64,000 nt of DNA from Octopus sinensis (taxonomy: Eukaryota). Position 1 is the stretch's first letter; the number at the start of each line of letters is the position of its first letter. The notes below the pieces were generated by a model that was not told the DNA's origin, did no database searches, and worked only from the letters and a program-made list of their open reading frames with translations. A program made the position numbers and the translations under genes. This document shows positions 25,288 through 37,015 of this stretch, in pieces. The stretch covers positions 620,001 through 684,000 of the forward strand of contig NW_021832231.1 in the NCBI RefSeq assembly GCF_006345805.1. The letters run 5' to 3'.

Positions 25288-25875
25288 TTAATTAAGAAGC
25301 AAATCATTGGCCAATTTGTCGGCAATTGACTGTCCTCTCAAAAGAGCCACCAACTGAACAGCAAACTTCATTGCAGTACCTGGTCCTCGACTTGTGAGAA
25401 AATTCCCATCAATTTCAACGTCATTTCCAGTAGTGACATTCTTAAAATGGCCATAATCCTCTATAGTCTTTTTCAAGGCAGGATAGCAGGTGACAGTCCT
25501 CCCCTCCCCAACCTTGTGGGCAGCCAAACACATGGGGGCAGCACATATGGCAGAGACCACCATTCCAGAGACTTGGTGGTTCTTTAATATTTTGCCCACG
25601 ATGGGACTCTCTATGAGGTTCTGGACCCCACCCATTCCTCCGGGACAAACCACAGCGTCGAATAGCATATCGGACATGTCATTTGTGAGGCAGACACTGG
25701 GAAGTATGGTTGTTCCGTTAGCACAGGTTATTGGAGTTGTGAGGCCTGCGGTTGTGACTTGTACCTTTAACTATTGAGGTAGTAAAACCTCAGCACGTGT
25801 GAGAATGTCGATCACAGAGACTGATTCAATATCCTCACAACCATCAGCAAGGAGAACAAGAGCGGTTACAGGCAT
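25288..25875 (-). CDS. PARK7: DJ-1/PfpI glyoxalase-deglycase, 187 aa (intron 25765-25788)
   Basis: ALVLLADGCEDIE..DILTRA, DAVVCPGG, AICAAP (catalytic Cys), TSRGPGT. Confidence 0.95.
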
Positions 25876-25969
25876 ACTATTTTATACTGTTTGAATAATT
25901 TAAACTATTTTATATGAATTAAATTGTTTTTATAAATTAATTAAAATAATTTTGAATTGATTTCGTATA

Positions 25970-26096
25970 TTCATCGCTATTCTCCGTGGCAACACACATG
26001 CGGTACTTTCCGCAGGAGGGTGCGAGCTTTAGCCCCCCCAGAATTTCCCCTCTGTACATTCCTAACTTAATTTGTTTTCTTCTTCCAAAAAAAAAC
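25970..26096 (+). mobile_element. ~125-bp 3' tail of CRE element with A-tract
   Basis: Near-identical to the reverse complement of 30255-30365; ends in an A run. Confidence 0.85.
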
Positions 26097-26179
26097 ATTA
26101 TTTTAATCAAAAATTAGTTAAATAAATTTTGAGGAATTAAGAAACACGATAAAGCTGATTTTTTAAAGGTTTTAGGTGT

Positions 26180-26420
26180 AAATATAATATGTACTGATAC
26201 ACGTAATCTGGTTATAGTTAACCTTGTCAACACGGTGCCAGTAACTATCTCCACTCATCAGTATATTAGAATTTCCAAATTCATATATTCGAAAATTATG
26301 TAAAGAATTCAAATTAACTAAATACTTGCATGACTAGTATCTAGAGTCCTGTCATTGTTGAACGTTTGAATCAGACAAAATCAGCTCTATATCAAAAATG
26401 ATGTCTAAAACACGGATAAG
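26180..26420 (+). mobile_element. rve integrase remnant
   Basis: EFPNSYIRKLCKEFKL and IVERLNQT across frameshifts. Confidence 0.5.
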
Positions 26421-26948
26421 TTTTGGATTTTAAGATACTAAATATTCTGTATTTTTCTATTTGTAGTTTAACAAGAAAACGTTTTAACTTTTTTATTTCA
26501 AAATAGATTTTTGTCAACACGTTTCCAAAGAATGGACCAATAATGATATGGATAAATCTACATATTTATTCTTACTGGAAAATAAAGCAAGTGGTCATTT
26601 TTGGCGACCAACTCTATGTTTTTTTCAGTATACAGAAAAAATGTTCAGCTAAAAATGCTGTCGCGATGCGCCTGGTCGGATACGATGAGCCATCACACAG
26701 GAGACATCGGTTTGAATATGATACGTATTTTGTTTAAACACCAAAAATTTTCTTTCTAGAATTCGAACTATTTATGGATAATTAAATTTTTACAATTTGC
26801 CGATTCTCGGTTATTATTTTGTCGCCATACTAGTATTGGTCACTACCCTTAAATTATTATTAAGGCTATACTTCTAGGGACCCTCAAATTGCGTAATGTA
26901 ACCAAAAAATATAAATGGAAATAAACGGATTATCGTGAAAATGTATCT

Positions 26949-29848
26949 CTAATTCAAACCAGAGAATTCTTGAGATTCATCTAAGACAGGCAGTATATCC
27001 CTGGACAAGGGAACGTTCCAAATATCGGAAGCATACTGAGCCACAGCACGGTCACTAGAGAAGAACCCAGCAGCAACGATGTTGTTCAAGCACATTGTAT
27101 TCCACACATTAGAATTCTATCAAAATACGGCACACAACATACCAAGTAAGCAGCCTCTACCAAAAGCTGTTTCTGAATATAATCATCATAGTCACTCATG
27201 ACCATGAAAGGATCATCAGACAGCATAGTTTGACATATTTCGCAGAATAAATTAGGCTCCTCCCTGCTGAAAAATCCGCCTCTTATTTGTTCAATACATT
27301 CAATTAATTGAGGACTCCTTGGATAATAAAAACGACGATTGTATCTACACTTCTTTACTTACAAAATACCCAGAAGTGTAATTTTCCTTAACTTCGTGGA
27401 TTGTCATTCCGAATATAAATATATTTTCCATCCCAACCTGTTCGGCCATTTCTACATTGGGCCCATCAAACGTCCCCAGAGTGACAGCCCCGTTCAACTG
27501 GCAATAAATCAACTGACCAACCATAAATTTCATGTTTCCAGTTCCAGACGCTTCAGTTCCTGCGAGTGAGAGTTGTTCACTCAAATCAGCTGCAGGGACC
27601 ATTTTCTCTGCAAACGACATTTTATAATCCGGAAGGACAAACACCCTCAGGTCTTTATTGGTCTCCGGATCACTGTTCACCACAGCAGCCACATTGCATA
27701 TCAATTTGATGATGAGTTTTGCAATTCTGTAGCCGGGAGGAGCCTTCCCCCCAATTATGACAGTCCTGGGGACGACAGTGTAGTCATCCAAACCAGCCTT
27801 GACCCGTTTGAGGCGGTTGTAGAGCGTTATTATATGAAGGCAGCTCAGAAGGTGTCGTTTACTTTCTTGAACTGGTTTGATATGCACATCAAACATGGTC
27901 GAGGGGTCAATCAAGAATCCAAACAACTTTTTAACATACAAAGCGAATTTATTTTTATTACTCTATGACATACTGAAACACACAACCTGTTTTATCAAAC
28001 AAATCTCGTCAATAATCTGTCGATCTGACACAAGTGGCCTCAGTTTGTTCAACTCACGCAAATCTGTTATGAATCCGTCGCCAATTTGCTAAAAGTAATA
28101 CTTTAAACGTACACGGCGAATAAAATCTGTCAAAGATGGATTGCAGTAGACTAGCCATCTCCTGGGAGTGATTCCGTTGGTTTTGTTTTGAAACTTGGCA
28201 GGAGTCATTTTATAAAAATCAGGAAATCTTGTGATTTATACAAAATATATATACACGTCAGTTTTTACTAATTTTGAATGAAGTTTGGCGACTCCGTTGA
28301 CGGAATGTGACCCCACTATGCAAAGATTGGCCATGTTGACACGTTTATTACGATCCTCCTCAATCAGACTCATTCTCTCCAAGACATCCTCGTCATTGGG
28401 CCAAAACTCAGAGACCGCCTTGCAAAATCACTGCACATTCAACCTGTAAATGCTTGCGATTTATTTTATGGATTATCTGCATTATTCTGGGCAACAATTT
28501 AGTCAACATTTTTAGTGGCCATCGCTCGAGTGCCTCGGGAAGGAGAGTGTGGTTGGTATATCCGAACGTTCTTGTGCAGATATCCCAAGAATAAGACCAA
28601 TCAAGGCCTTCGACGTCCACCAACAGTCTCATCAATTCAGGAACAGCCAAGGATGGACTCGTATCGTTCATTTGAATGGCCACCTACTAATTTATAATAA
28701 CCAATTGCCTTTTCTGGAAACTGGTCGAATGAAGTCCTAGGTTCTTTCGAGTCCTTGTACCGCCGAATAATATCCTGGAGAGTCGCTGAGGCCAGGAAGT
28801 ACTCTTGTTTGAGACGGAGTTCCTTACCTTCAAATCTCTTGAAATAAAGGGCATGAATACCTCGTCATTTGGGTAGAGAACACGTGTTATGCTTTCAGCA
28901 AGGTATGGGTCTCTCATAGCTTTGCCGTAATTTCCTGAGTGGACTAGACAGTGACGAAAACTAATAACTTACAGCAATCCAGAAATAATACGGCTGAGGG
29001 TTTGGCAGCCCACAAACGCATAGTTATGACGTGGTTATTCCCATATCCGGGGACAGGTGTGTCGTAGGGAATTGCATACACAACCTACTTATTAAGAAAA
29101 AGATCACTTCAGTGTCAATCCACTGTGTTTGTCCATCCACTCTGATTGTTTTTCCGTAAAACTTAACAGGAACGATATATTCCTGGATGCACCTCTCCCA
29201 GGGATTGCTATACTTTATCCAATTGTCAAGCTCTTCTCTCTTAATTAATTTAAATAAAATTTAGACATGGTCGGTATCGTAAATTACTTGAGTAAATACG
29301 CCATATTCATAGCGCAGTCCATAACCCATGCCTGCAATGCCCAAAGTAGCCATCGAGTCAAGATAACAGGCAGCCAGTCTTCCCAGTCCACCATTTCCTA
29401 AACCAATTTCAGGTTCCATGTTTTCTAATTCTTCCAAATCTAGTCCCAGCTGGTTAAATAAGAACATGTTGGACATACTTGATAAACGGCTTCTTCGCAC
29501 TGCCCGTCTATTCCAACGTTTATCATGGAATTTATCAAAAGACGACCGACGTAGAATTCAATGGACAAATAATAAATTCTCTGGGAAAATAAGATCAAGG
29601 AAAACCTTGGAATCCAGTTTGTGATGGTGTTGGCTCGTTCTGATCCACCGGGAAGCCATTTTGTCGCACACCGTGTGAGCCAAAGAGATGTAATAATCAC
29701 GTTTGGTAGCAATATTGCGGTCCTTGAGGCGAGAGTTGTGCAAATGACGATTAAAGCTTTGTTTAATGTCTCTTACATCCTTTGGGTCTTGAATATTCCT
29801 TCCACTGTTCTCCTCTCGTTTTTTAGTGTCAAAAAATGGATATTGCAT
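26949..29848 (-). CDS. PYG: Glycogen phosphorylase, divergent; multi-exon, full-length copy
   Basis: [48 protein letters not shown] (PLP Lys), GFFSSDR; introns e.g. 27117-27142, 27345-27369, 27498-27521. Confidence 0.95.
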
Positions 29849-30244
29849 TTAAATAGATTATATAACTCAGAAATAATGTTAATAATGTTAATAATTCAAA
29901 AAATCTTTTATTTGTTTCTAATTAAAGATTCCCTAAAAATAAAATAGCAGATAACAAAAAATTAAATTTATTAATTTCGATCCTAAATGTCCTACATACT
30001 ATATTTAAAAAAATATGTGATTTATTGATACTGGTTTGAGACTGGTTCAGCCAAAGGGATCCCTAATCTCTTACGACTAATGAGTGTTAAAAGTATTCCT
30101 CGATATCCGTCCCTTTATGATATCCGTGGGAGTACTCGATGTTCCTTATGATTTACTATTATCTCAAAAAATGATTTACTATTATCATTTATGTTAATCG
30201 CGTCCAACAAAAAAATATAGTGCATCCCAGAAAGAATATCCGTT

Positions 30245-30795
30245 TTTTCATTTTGAAAACAAATTAAGTTAGGAATGTACAGAGGGGAAATTCTGGGGGG
30301 GTTAAAGCTCGCACCCTCCTGCGGAAAGTACCGCATGTGTGTTGCCACGGAGAATGGCGATGGATATCCGCTGCAATAGCCACGAAACCTCGCGTGGCTC
30401 TTTCGTCCTGTGGGCCAATTTCCTCCCGATGTCGCTGATGAAAGCCGAGGTTAGAGGCCCTGCGACGCCCGATGTCTCCAAAGCGATTGGTACGAATATA
30501 AAACGGCGTCCAAGTTCTTGGTATTTTTTGATTTTGGCCGTCTCAGCCTTTTCCGTAGCGGACCTGGGGGGAAGTGACAGATGACATGATTGCCGATGGA
30601 GAGAAAGAGTCGATGCACGTAGCATCCCAGACAGAGCACTTGCCCCCCGAAAAGGAAAGATTGTCATTCCGTCTGGGCGTTTGCCGTCACCACGGTCCAA
30701 TCCGACAGGCTCAAGTTGTGACGGAAAGCCTGCAGCCTTGAGGGCTCTAACCACGACGTCATTTAACGAGGCGTGGCGGGGACTTCGACCGGCAC
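30245..30795 (-). mobile_element. 5'-truncated CRE-clade element (REL endonuclease and 3' UTR)
   Basis: [51 protein letters not shown]. Confidence 0.85.
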
Positions 30796-31330
30796 GAACT
30801 TATATCTAAACAACATGGAAATCCCTTTTAAAAAATCCCAGAAAATCCTCGGCGTGACTTACGATAGTCATATGTGTTTCTCCCAACAAGTTGAAAATGT
30901 TACTACCAGCTGCATGAAGAAACTGAACATCTTAAAAGTGTTTCTCTGAAAATGCAAAAAATGGATCAGCTTCTTCACACGACAATCAATCTACCGGCAA
31001 TACATGGAACCCTCCATTAGTTATGCTTGTGGGGAGGGTTTGTCAGTCAAACAAACCACGAAAAAATCGAAAAAACTCAAGAAAGATTTCGGAAAGCACT
31101 ACAAGGAACGAATGAAGATCTATCCATCTATCCATCGCCTCATTTTAAGAAATCTTGAGAAGAAACCATAGGCCTACATGCCCTACAACTCCACCACCGC
31201 GCCCTCATATAAATTGTGCCGGGATTAGTAAGCAGCACCGGGCAAAGATGAGGACCCTCCTCAGAGAAGCGGGGATCACCTGATTAATTAGTTCTATGTT
31301 TTGGACGGGGAGCTTGGTTCTAATGATAAT
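30796..31330 (+). mobile_element. 3' fragment of I-like LINE
   Basis: KSQKILGVTYDSHMCFSQQVE..KKLNILK; ends with GGGATCACCTGATTAATTAG, like the element ending near 36720. Confidence 0.7.
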
Positions 31331-31465
31331 GAGTTCAGATTCTAGTGAATGACCTAAATTAGCTATTTATTTATTAGCTATGAAATTAATTAGGCTAAAA
31401 CTTTTAGTTAATTAAACATATAATATTCTTATTTATAATTAATTTTTTTTCAATAATAAATAAAG

Positions 31466-32186
31466 ATGTCAATTGAAATGAATAAATCTTGTGGTTCATT
31501 TATTGATTCTGTAAAAAATTCCAAGATCTCCTCTCCCAAATCAATATTAGAACCAACAATATGTTTTTCTACCGACAATGTAACCAATAAATCTATTATT
31601 ATTCCTACAGTTGGGAAACACAAATTCCATCACGCTGCTTATGCTGGGAACTGCGAAATGCTCAAATCCCTTCTAGTGGCGGGTATCGAAAAGAACATTA
31701 AAAATAAAATAAACCGAACTGCTCTTCATATTGCCTGTCAAATGGGTCACTTGGACGCAGTTCAATTACTCCTGTCCGCTGAAGTGGATGTCAATATCGT
31801 AGATATGGTATAGGGTAGTCAACTGACCCGAAAGTTGGGAATGACTCCTCTACATTGGGCTGTTGAGTCTGGAAACATTGAAATAGTCATGTCGTTGGCC
31901 AAAAAGACGGAGGATTTGCTTATGGCGGACAAAGTCTACTCCAATTGGCTGTATTGGTAGTTCAGGAGATCAGTATTTGATATTGCGGCTGGGAAAGATA
32001 AGAAGGACATACTCCAATTTCTGTTAAAGGCATTTGCTGATGTCTGAGAGTTGATAGTTCTTGAATGAAAAGTCGAAATTTCGTGAAACTCAGTCTGGGA
32101 AGATGCCGATATGTTTTGAGGACGCAGAAGGTAAACTTACGTGGAATACGGTCGATGTTATTGCTTCGGATCACGATTTATTTTGA
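31466..32186 (+). CDS. GABPB: Short ankyrin protein, GABP-beta-like
   Basis: KNKINRTALH..DVNIVDM|LGMTPLHWA..DK|FRRSVFDIA parallels GABPB1 RTKVDRTPLH..DVNAKDMLKMTALHWA..SKFCKTAFDI; 27-nt introns; 3' end uncertain (32047 or 32186). Confidence 0.6.
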
Positions 32187-32249
32187 CTTATTTTTGAATT
32201 TTATTTATTAAGATTGTGTTATTTGAAAATATTGTGTCATTTATTATTT

Positions 32250-33900
32250 CAGGATTTGTATTTTTAATTTTGCAGTAGCCATAGTCAGAGGCAATACTCT
32301 GGCTATCTGCTAATGACGATTTTTCTCTTGACCTAATTTGATTATAATTTTGCAGTCTATCATACATGCAATTTCAAGTGCCTTTTAACCGTGTATTTTT
32401 TCCTCAATAAAGATTAAAAATTTACAACAAATTTATGTGATAAAGACTTATTAATCCACTCGTAACAGCTGGAAATTAATTTCCTTTTTTAATAAGGAAA
32501 TAGGCAACATCACTTTTTAATTGTCTGTCATCAAATTTGTTACGACTCTTTTCTTCAATTTCTAAATATTCTTCATTCAAATGAATTGCTCCAATTATGA
32601 GGTTACTGACTAAATTTATTTTTTCAAAGATTTTGATCCCGTGGCTGTCTTTGTCCATCATACTCTCCAGGGGTCGGAAAATATTTCGAAAGCAAATTCT
32701 TGACATTCTCGGAAATATTGAAAAATTTAAGAGCCATCTTTAACCGCTTGTCCAAAGCAAAAATTTAATAATAATTAAGAATTCATTTTAAAGAATAAAA
32801 TTATTTAGTCTCAAAAATGAGAAATTTGATTCCTCATTTCTTTGGAGAGTTGTTTAATGTCTGAGTCGAAACTAGTTAATTTTAATCTGAGGTTTGATTT
32901 TAAGACTGTAATTTTTTTTCTTAATCTCAATTTGTTAGCAAACTTCATGTGCAATTTTTTTAATTCATAAAAAGAGTCCAGAAGAGAACTCCGAGTATTT
33001 GATTCATCTATTGATATAAAAATCGAATTATTTAATTTTATGTCAATAACTTGTTGAATAGATACATTCGAAGACATCTTAAATGTCCTTCGGAAACTAT
33101 TTTTGCAGATAAAAATATATTTATTATCTTTTCATGATTTCTGTTTTATTTAAAAAAATAGTGAAATACTTTTCCACAGGTTTCAATAAAATATGACTTG
33201 ATCTTCCCAGGATTCCCTTTTTCCCTTTTTTCGATCTCATGACTTATCAAAAAACTAGCAATATTTGTATTCCTGGACTGTTGCCAATATTTAAAAACTG
33301 AATTTTTAATCTCAATATTTTGATCAAGTTTTTCACACAGGTTTCTTTCGTGAGTCACCAATTGAATTTTTTGCAGCGTTGTGCTAAAATGTTTCTCTAA
33401 ATTTAATTTTTTGTTTTGATTTAAAGTTGCCTGACAAATAAGGGATTTTTGAAGTTTTTATGAGTTAGATTTAATACAAAAGATTCACTCCATTTTGATT
33501 TAAAATGACAAATATGACCAATAATACATCTCAGGGGAAGACTGACAATGAAAAAGAATTCAGAATTTAATTAATTACTTTTTGAGAGGTTAGCTACAGT
33601 TTGTTAATTCGGTCAATTTTATATATTCTACTTATTTCTCGATTAAGTGATTTATCGTTTCTACCTGTAATTAATTAATTTGTTTTTCGCACTTTATACT
33701 ATTTCGCACTTTATTCAAGAAACTGAATTGAAAGCAAAGAGGAGCGTTGTACTTATATGTTAGTGGTTCCCGAATTAAACGTGCTATGATATTGTGAGCT
33801 GTTTCGTTAGCTGTTCTGCATAATAAGAATTATAACAGAAAATCATTTTTTGAGTCACCCGAGTCTTCATGGTTTTGGGGAAAAATCTTGATTTCCATCC
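32250..33900 (-). CDS. Uncharacterised coiled-coil protein, multi-exon
   Basis: Chain of K/E/L-rich ORFs (32476, 32811, 33146) separated by mini-intron-sized gaps. Confidence 0.45.
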
Positions 33901-34249
33901 TTTGCGTAAACAGTCAAGCAATTCTTTCGCAAAAAATTAATTTAATACAAAAAATTAAAAACAACAAAATTGTTTATACTTTTGGTTAAACCAGGAAAAA
34001 TCAATTGAAAAGATTGAAAATTTTAATAAGGAATAAAAATTATTATTTTGCCAGATTTTTAAAAAAATAATAGAAATAAAAAAATATCTATTCAAAAACA
34101 GTATTCCTAAATCTTGTGCGAATTTCCCCACTATTTAGATACATCAGGTGAGATATCACTATAAGCATTTGACATGGAAGATATATTAATAATTGGTCAG
34201 TCGGCTTGATTATTTACGTATATAAACCGTAATTCAAATCTAAATATCC

Positions 34250-34930
34250 TTTATTTGTTTGAAAGGTGTTTGCTACATATCTTAAATACAAAAAATTTTA
34301 CGATTTTATATTTTGTATAAAATCAAAAGCTGAACTTTGAAAACTTAACAAATGTTTTTAAAAAATGGAAAATATGTGACATGGGCAAAACAAGATTGAA
34401 TATGAGTGTCGACAAAGATACTTCATTGTTCAAAATGACATAATCAGAAAAGTCATTCGAAATTGTGAAGTATGTAAATTTGCCTGTCCATTAAGAGTTT
34501 TAATTCTTTTTAATTTTTAATGTAGGTTGGTGATATGAATCATCATATTTTTGCTTCTACTCCGAATGAAAGGTTTCGGCTAGATCTTGTAGATTTAAAA
34601 AAGTTTTCAGTCTCAAATAATAATTACAGATGGATTTTAACAGTCATCGATGTTTATAGTAGGTCTTTCAACAATTTATTCAGATTTGCATTTGTCAGAC
34701 CACTTTTTCATAAATCTTCAAAAGAAGTATGCAACAACTTAAGATCACTTTTTCTACCTTGCAAAATTTTGCAATCAGATAATGGTTCAGAATTCAAGAA
34801 TGTGTCTCTAAGAAATCTATGCAAAGAGTTCAATGTAGTTCAGATACATGGAAAACCAAACAATCCCCTTACACAGGGGATTATAGAACGTTTTAATCAA
34901 ACCATCACCCGAAAACACTCCAATATGATT
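34250..34930 (+). mobile_element. Ginger/KRBA2-like rve integrase with mini-introns, truncated by a LINE tail
   Basis: CEVC, RFRLDLVD, WILTVIDVYSR|FAF, LQSDNGSEF, QGIIERFNQT; introns 34497-34525 and 34663-34683. Confidence 0.8.
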
Positions 34931-35135
34931 TTTTTATTTATTTATAGACCAATGACGGGTAAGCCAGTTAATTATTATAATCCCCGTGATCCCCGATTCA
35001 AGCGAGGGAGATCTTTCTGAAAGGTTCGATCCTGCCCACATGATCGGCCTGAGACGACGATGTCCCAGGGTCAGAGTTCTAGAAGTCTTTTTTTCGGTAG
35101 GCATTAAGTCTTCGCGGCGAGTACATCCTTTCCGT
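34930..35135 (-). mobile_element. Short 3' tail of I-like LINE, antisense
   Basis: Minus strand reads ..RTLTLGHRRLR.., then GGGGATCAC, then AAATAAATAAAAAAA. Confidence 0.55.
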
Positions 35136-35139
35136 ATTC

Positions 35140-36778
35140 AATAAGTTGACTATCCTAAACGACCCATACGCTCATACAAGGACACCAACCCGCAGAAGAG
35201 ACAGCCCATCATCTCCGGACCTGTCCCTCTGCACTCCATCCTTGGCTGGATACATCTTGTGGAATGTTCGTTATGGTTTCTCGAGCGACCATAACCCCAT
35301 TGTACTGACACTTAGAAGGCCTTTCTGTCCAACGCGCCGTCCTACGAAGTTCAAAAATTACTCGAAGGCTAACTGGCATGGTTTCGGGCTGTATGTGGAC
35401 AACTGCCTGCTCGATCTCTCTATGGAAAATTGCTCGGTGGAAAGGACGGCCAACTGATTCGGACTAATAATGGATTCAAGTGGAGTCGTCTCGTTGGACG
35501 ATTATGTCACAGAAATTCCTGTGCCACCTTCTAAAAAACGCTAAGAAGGATCAATTGTCTTATCGGTGAGCAGGACGGAGGAACTGAGGTCGTTGCCCAC
35601 AATTCCTCGGAACCTGCTCGCAAACTTGCAAACAAGATTATGAAGTACTACGTATCGATCAGCCATAAAGACTTTTCTCGCACTCCACATATTGAACGAC
35701 TCGGACCGCGACCAGAACCGTATTCCACCTTCTTAACACCGGATGATGTTGACAAGGCTATTAAATCTCTACGTCCCACCCGTGCTTGTGGCCCCGACGG
35801 GATTTGTGCTGTTCACCTCAAACACCTGGGACCCCGGCACGGACCGTACTATATAACGACTCCATCAACTTACGTACGATACCTAATATATGGAAAAACT
35901 CCCTAATTACGCCAATTCTAAAGCCTGGGAAACCAAAGGATGTTCCTTCTTCATACCGCCCGATCTCAATAACTTGTATTTTATCGAAAGTATTGAAAAA
36001 ACTTGTATTAACGCGAATCTCTCCTGTCCTACAATTGCCAGAATTTCAGCACGGTTTTAGACCAGATCGTTCTACAACGACCCATTTGTGTTCTGTCTCC
36101 CAGTTTATTACTGACGGTTTCAGCATGAAAACTAATGACCCAGACATTATGTTCTTATCCTATGCGGACGACCTGATTATCGCTGCAAGAGATAAATCTC
36201 CTTCTGTGTCTGTTGCAATGGTCCAGTCACACCTTAACCGTGTATGTGATTGGCTATCTGCTAACATGTTGTGTGTGTCTGCATCTAAATCCAAATTCAC
36301 CCTTTTCACTACTGATAGAAAATTCAAGAATGGACCGGAATCATTCATTGGAGACAATCCTATTCCCTCTTCGCGTACCCAGAAGATCCTTGGCGTGGTT
36401 TTCGACTCCTTAATGACGTTCTCATGTCACGTGGAGGAGGCTCTAGCTAAAGGTCTTCGGAAGTGGAACGTCTTGAAAGCGCTGTTAAAAAAGAGTCCCT
36501 TCCCCTTGAAAGATTGTGTCAGCAAGGTCTACCAACAATTGATTGCCCCGACGGTTGGGTATGCCTGCTCAGCCTGGACGTTTGCAATTGCTTGTTCGAA
36601 AGCGGAACGTTTGAACTTACTCAGAAGGCGGCCGTCTCGGGGTTACGGTTGGGTCATCAGAAGATCATTTAAGGAGAGTCCAGCTGTTGTTGGAGGAAGG
36701 GATCACCTAATTAGTTAGTTTTGACCTATCTTTCTCGGTGATCTTGGAGTTAATAAATAAATGTCTAATTAAAAAAAT
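35140..36778 (+). mobile_element. I/Jockey-like LINE (APE + RT), internally deleted
   Basis: SPDLSL..SDHNPI (APE); GPDGI, SYRPIS, QHGFR, YADD, KILGV. The RT segment between GFS and YADD is missing; A-rich tail. Confidence 0.88.
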
Positions 36779-37015
36779 CGGACATAACGAGGAAGGAAAT
36801 ACAATCAGTTCCATTTTTACACATATAAAATTAATTAATGTTCACTTTATTTTATTAATAATAAAAAAAATTGTTTGTATTAAATTAATTTTTAAAAATT
36901 TATTTTAATATAGAACTATATTTAAATATAGAATTTATTTAAATATAGAACTATCTTGTGTGGCAATTTTTACCAACGTTATAGAACCCTAAAACAATAC
37001 GAATATAAATTTGAT

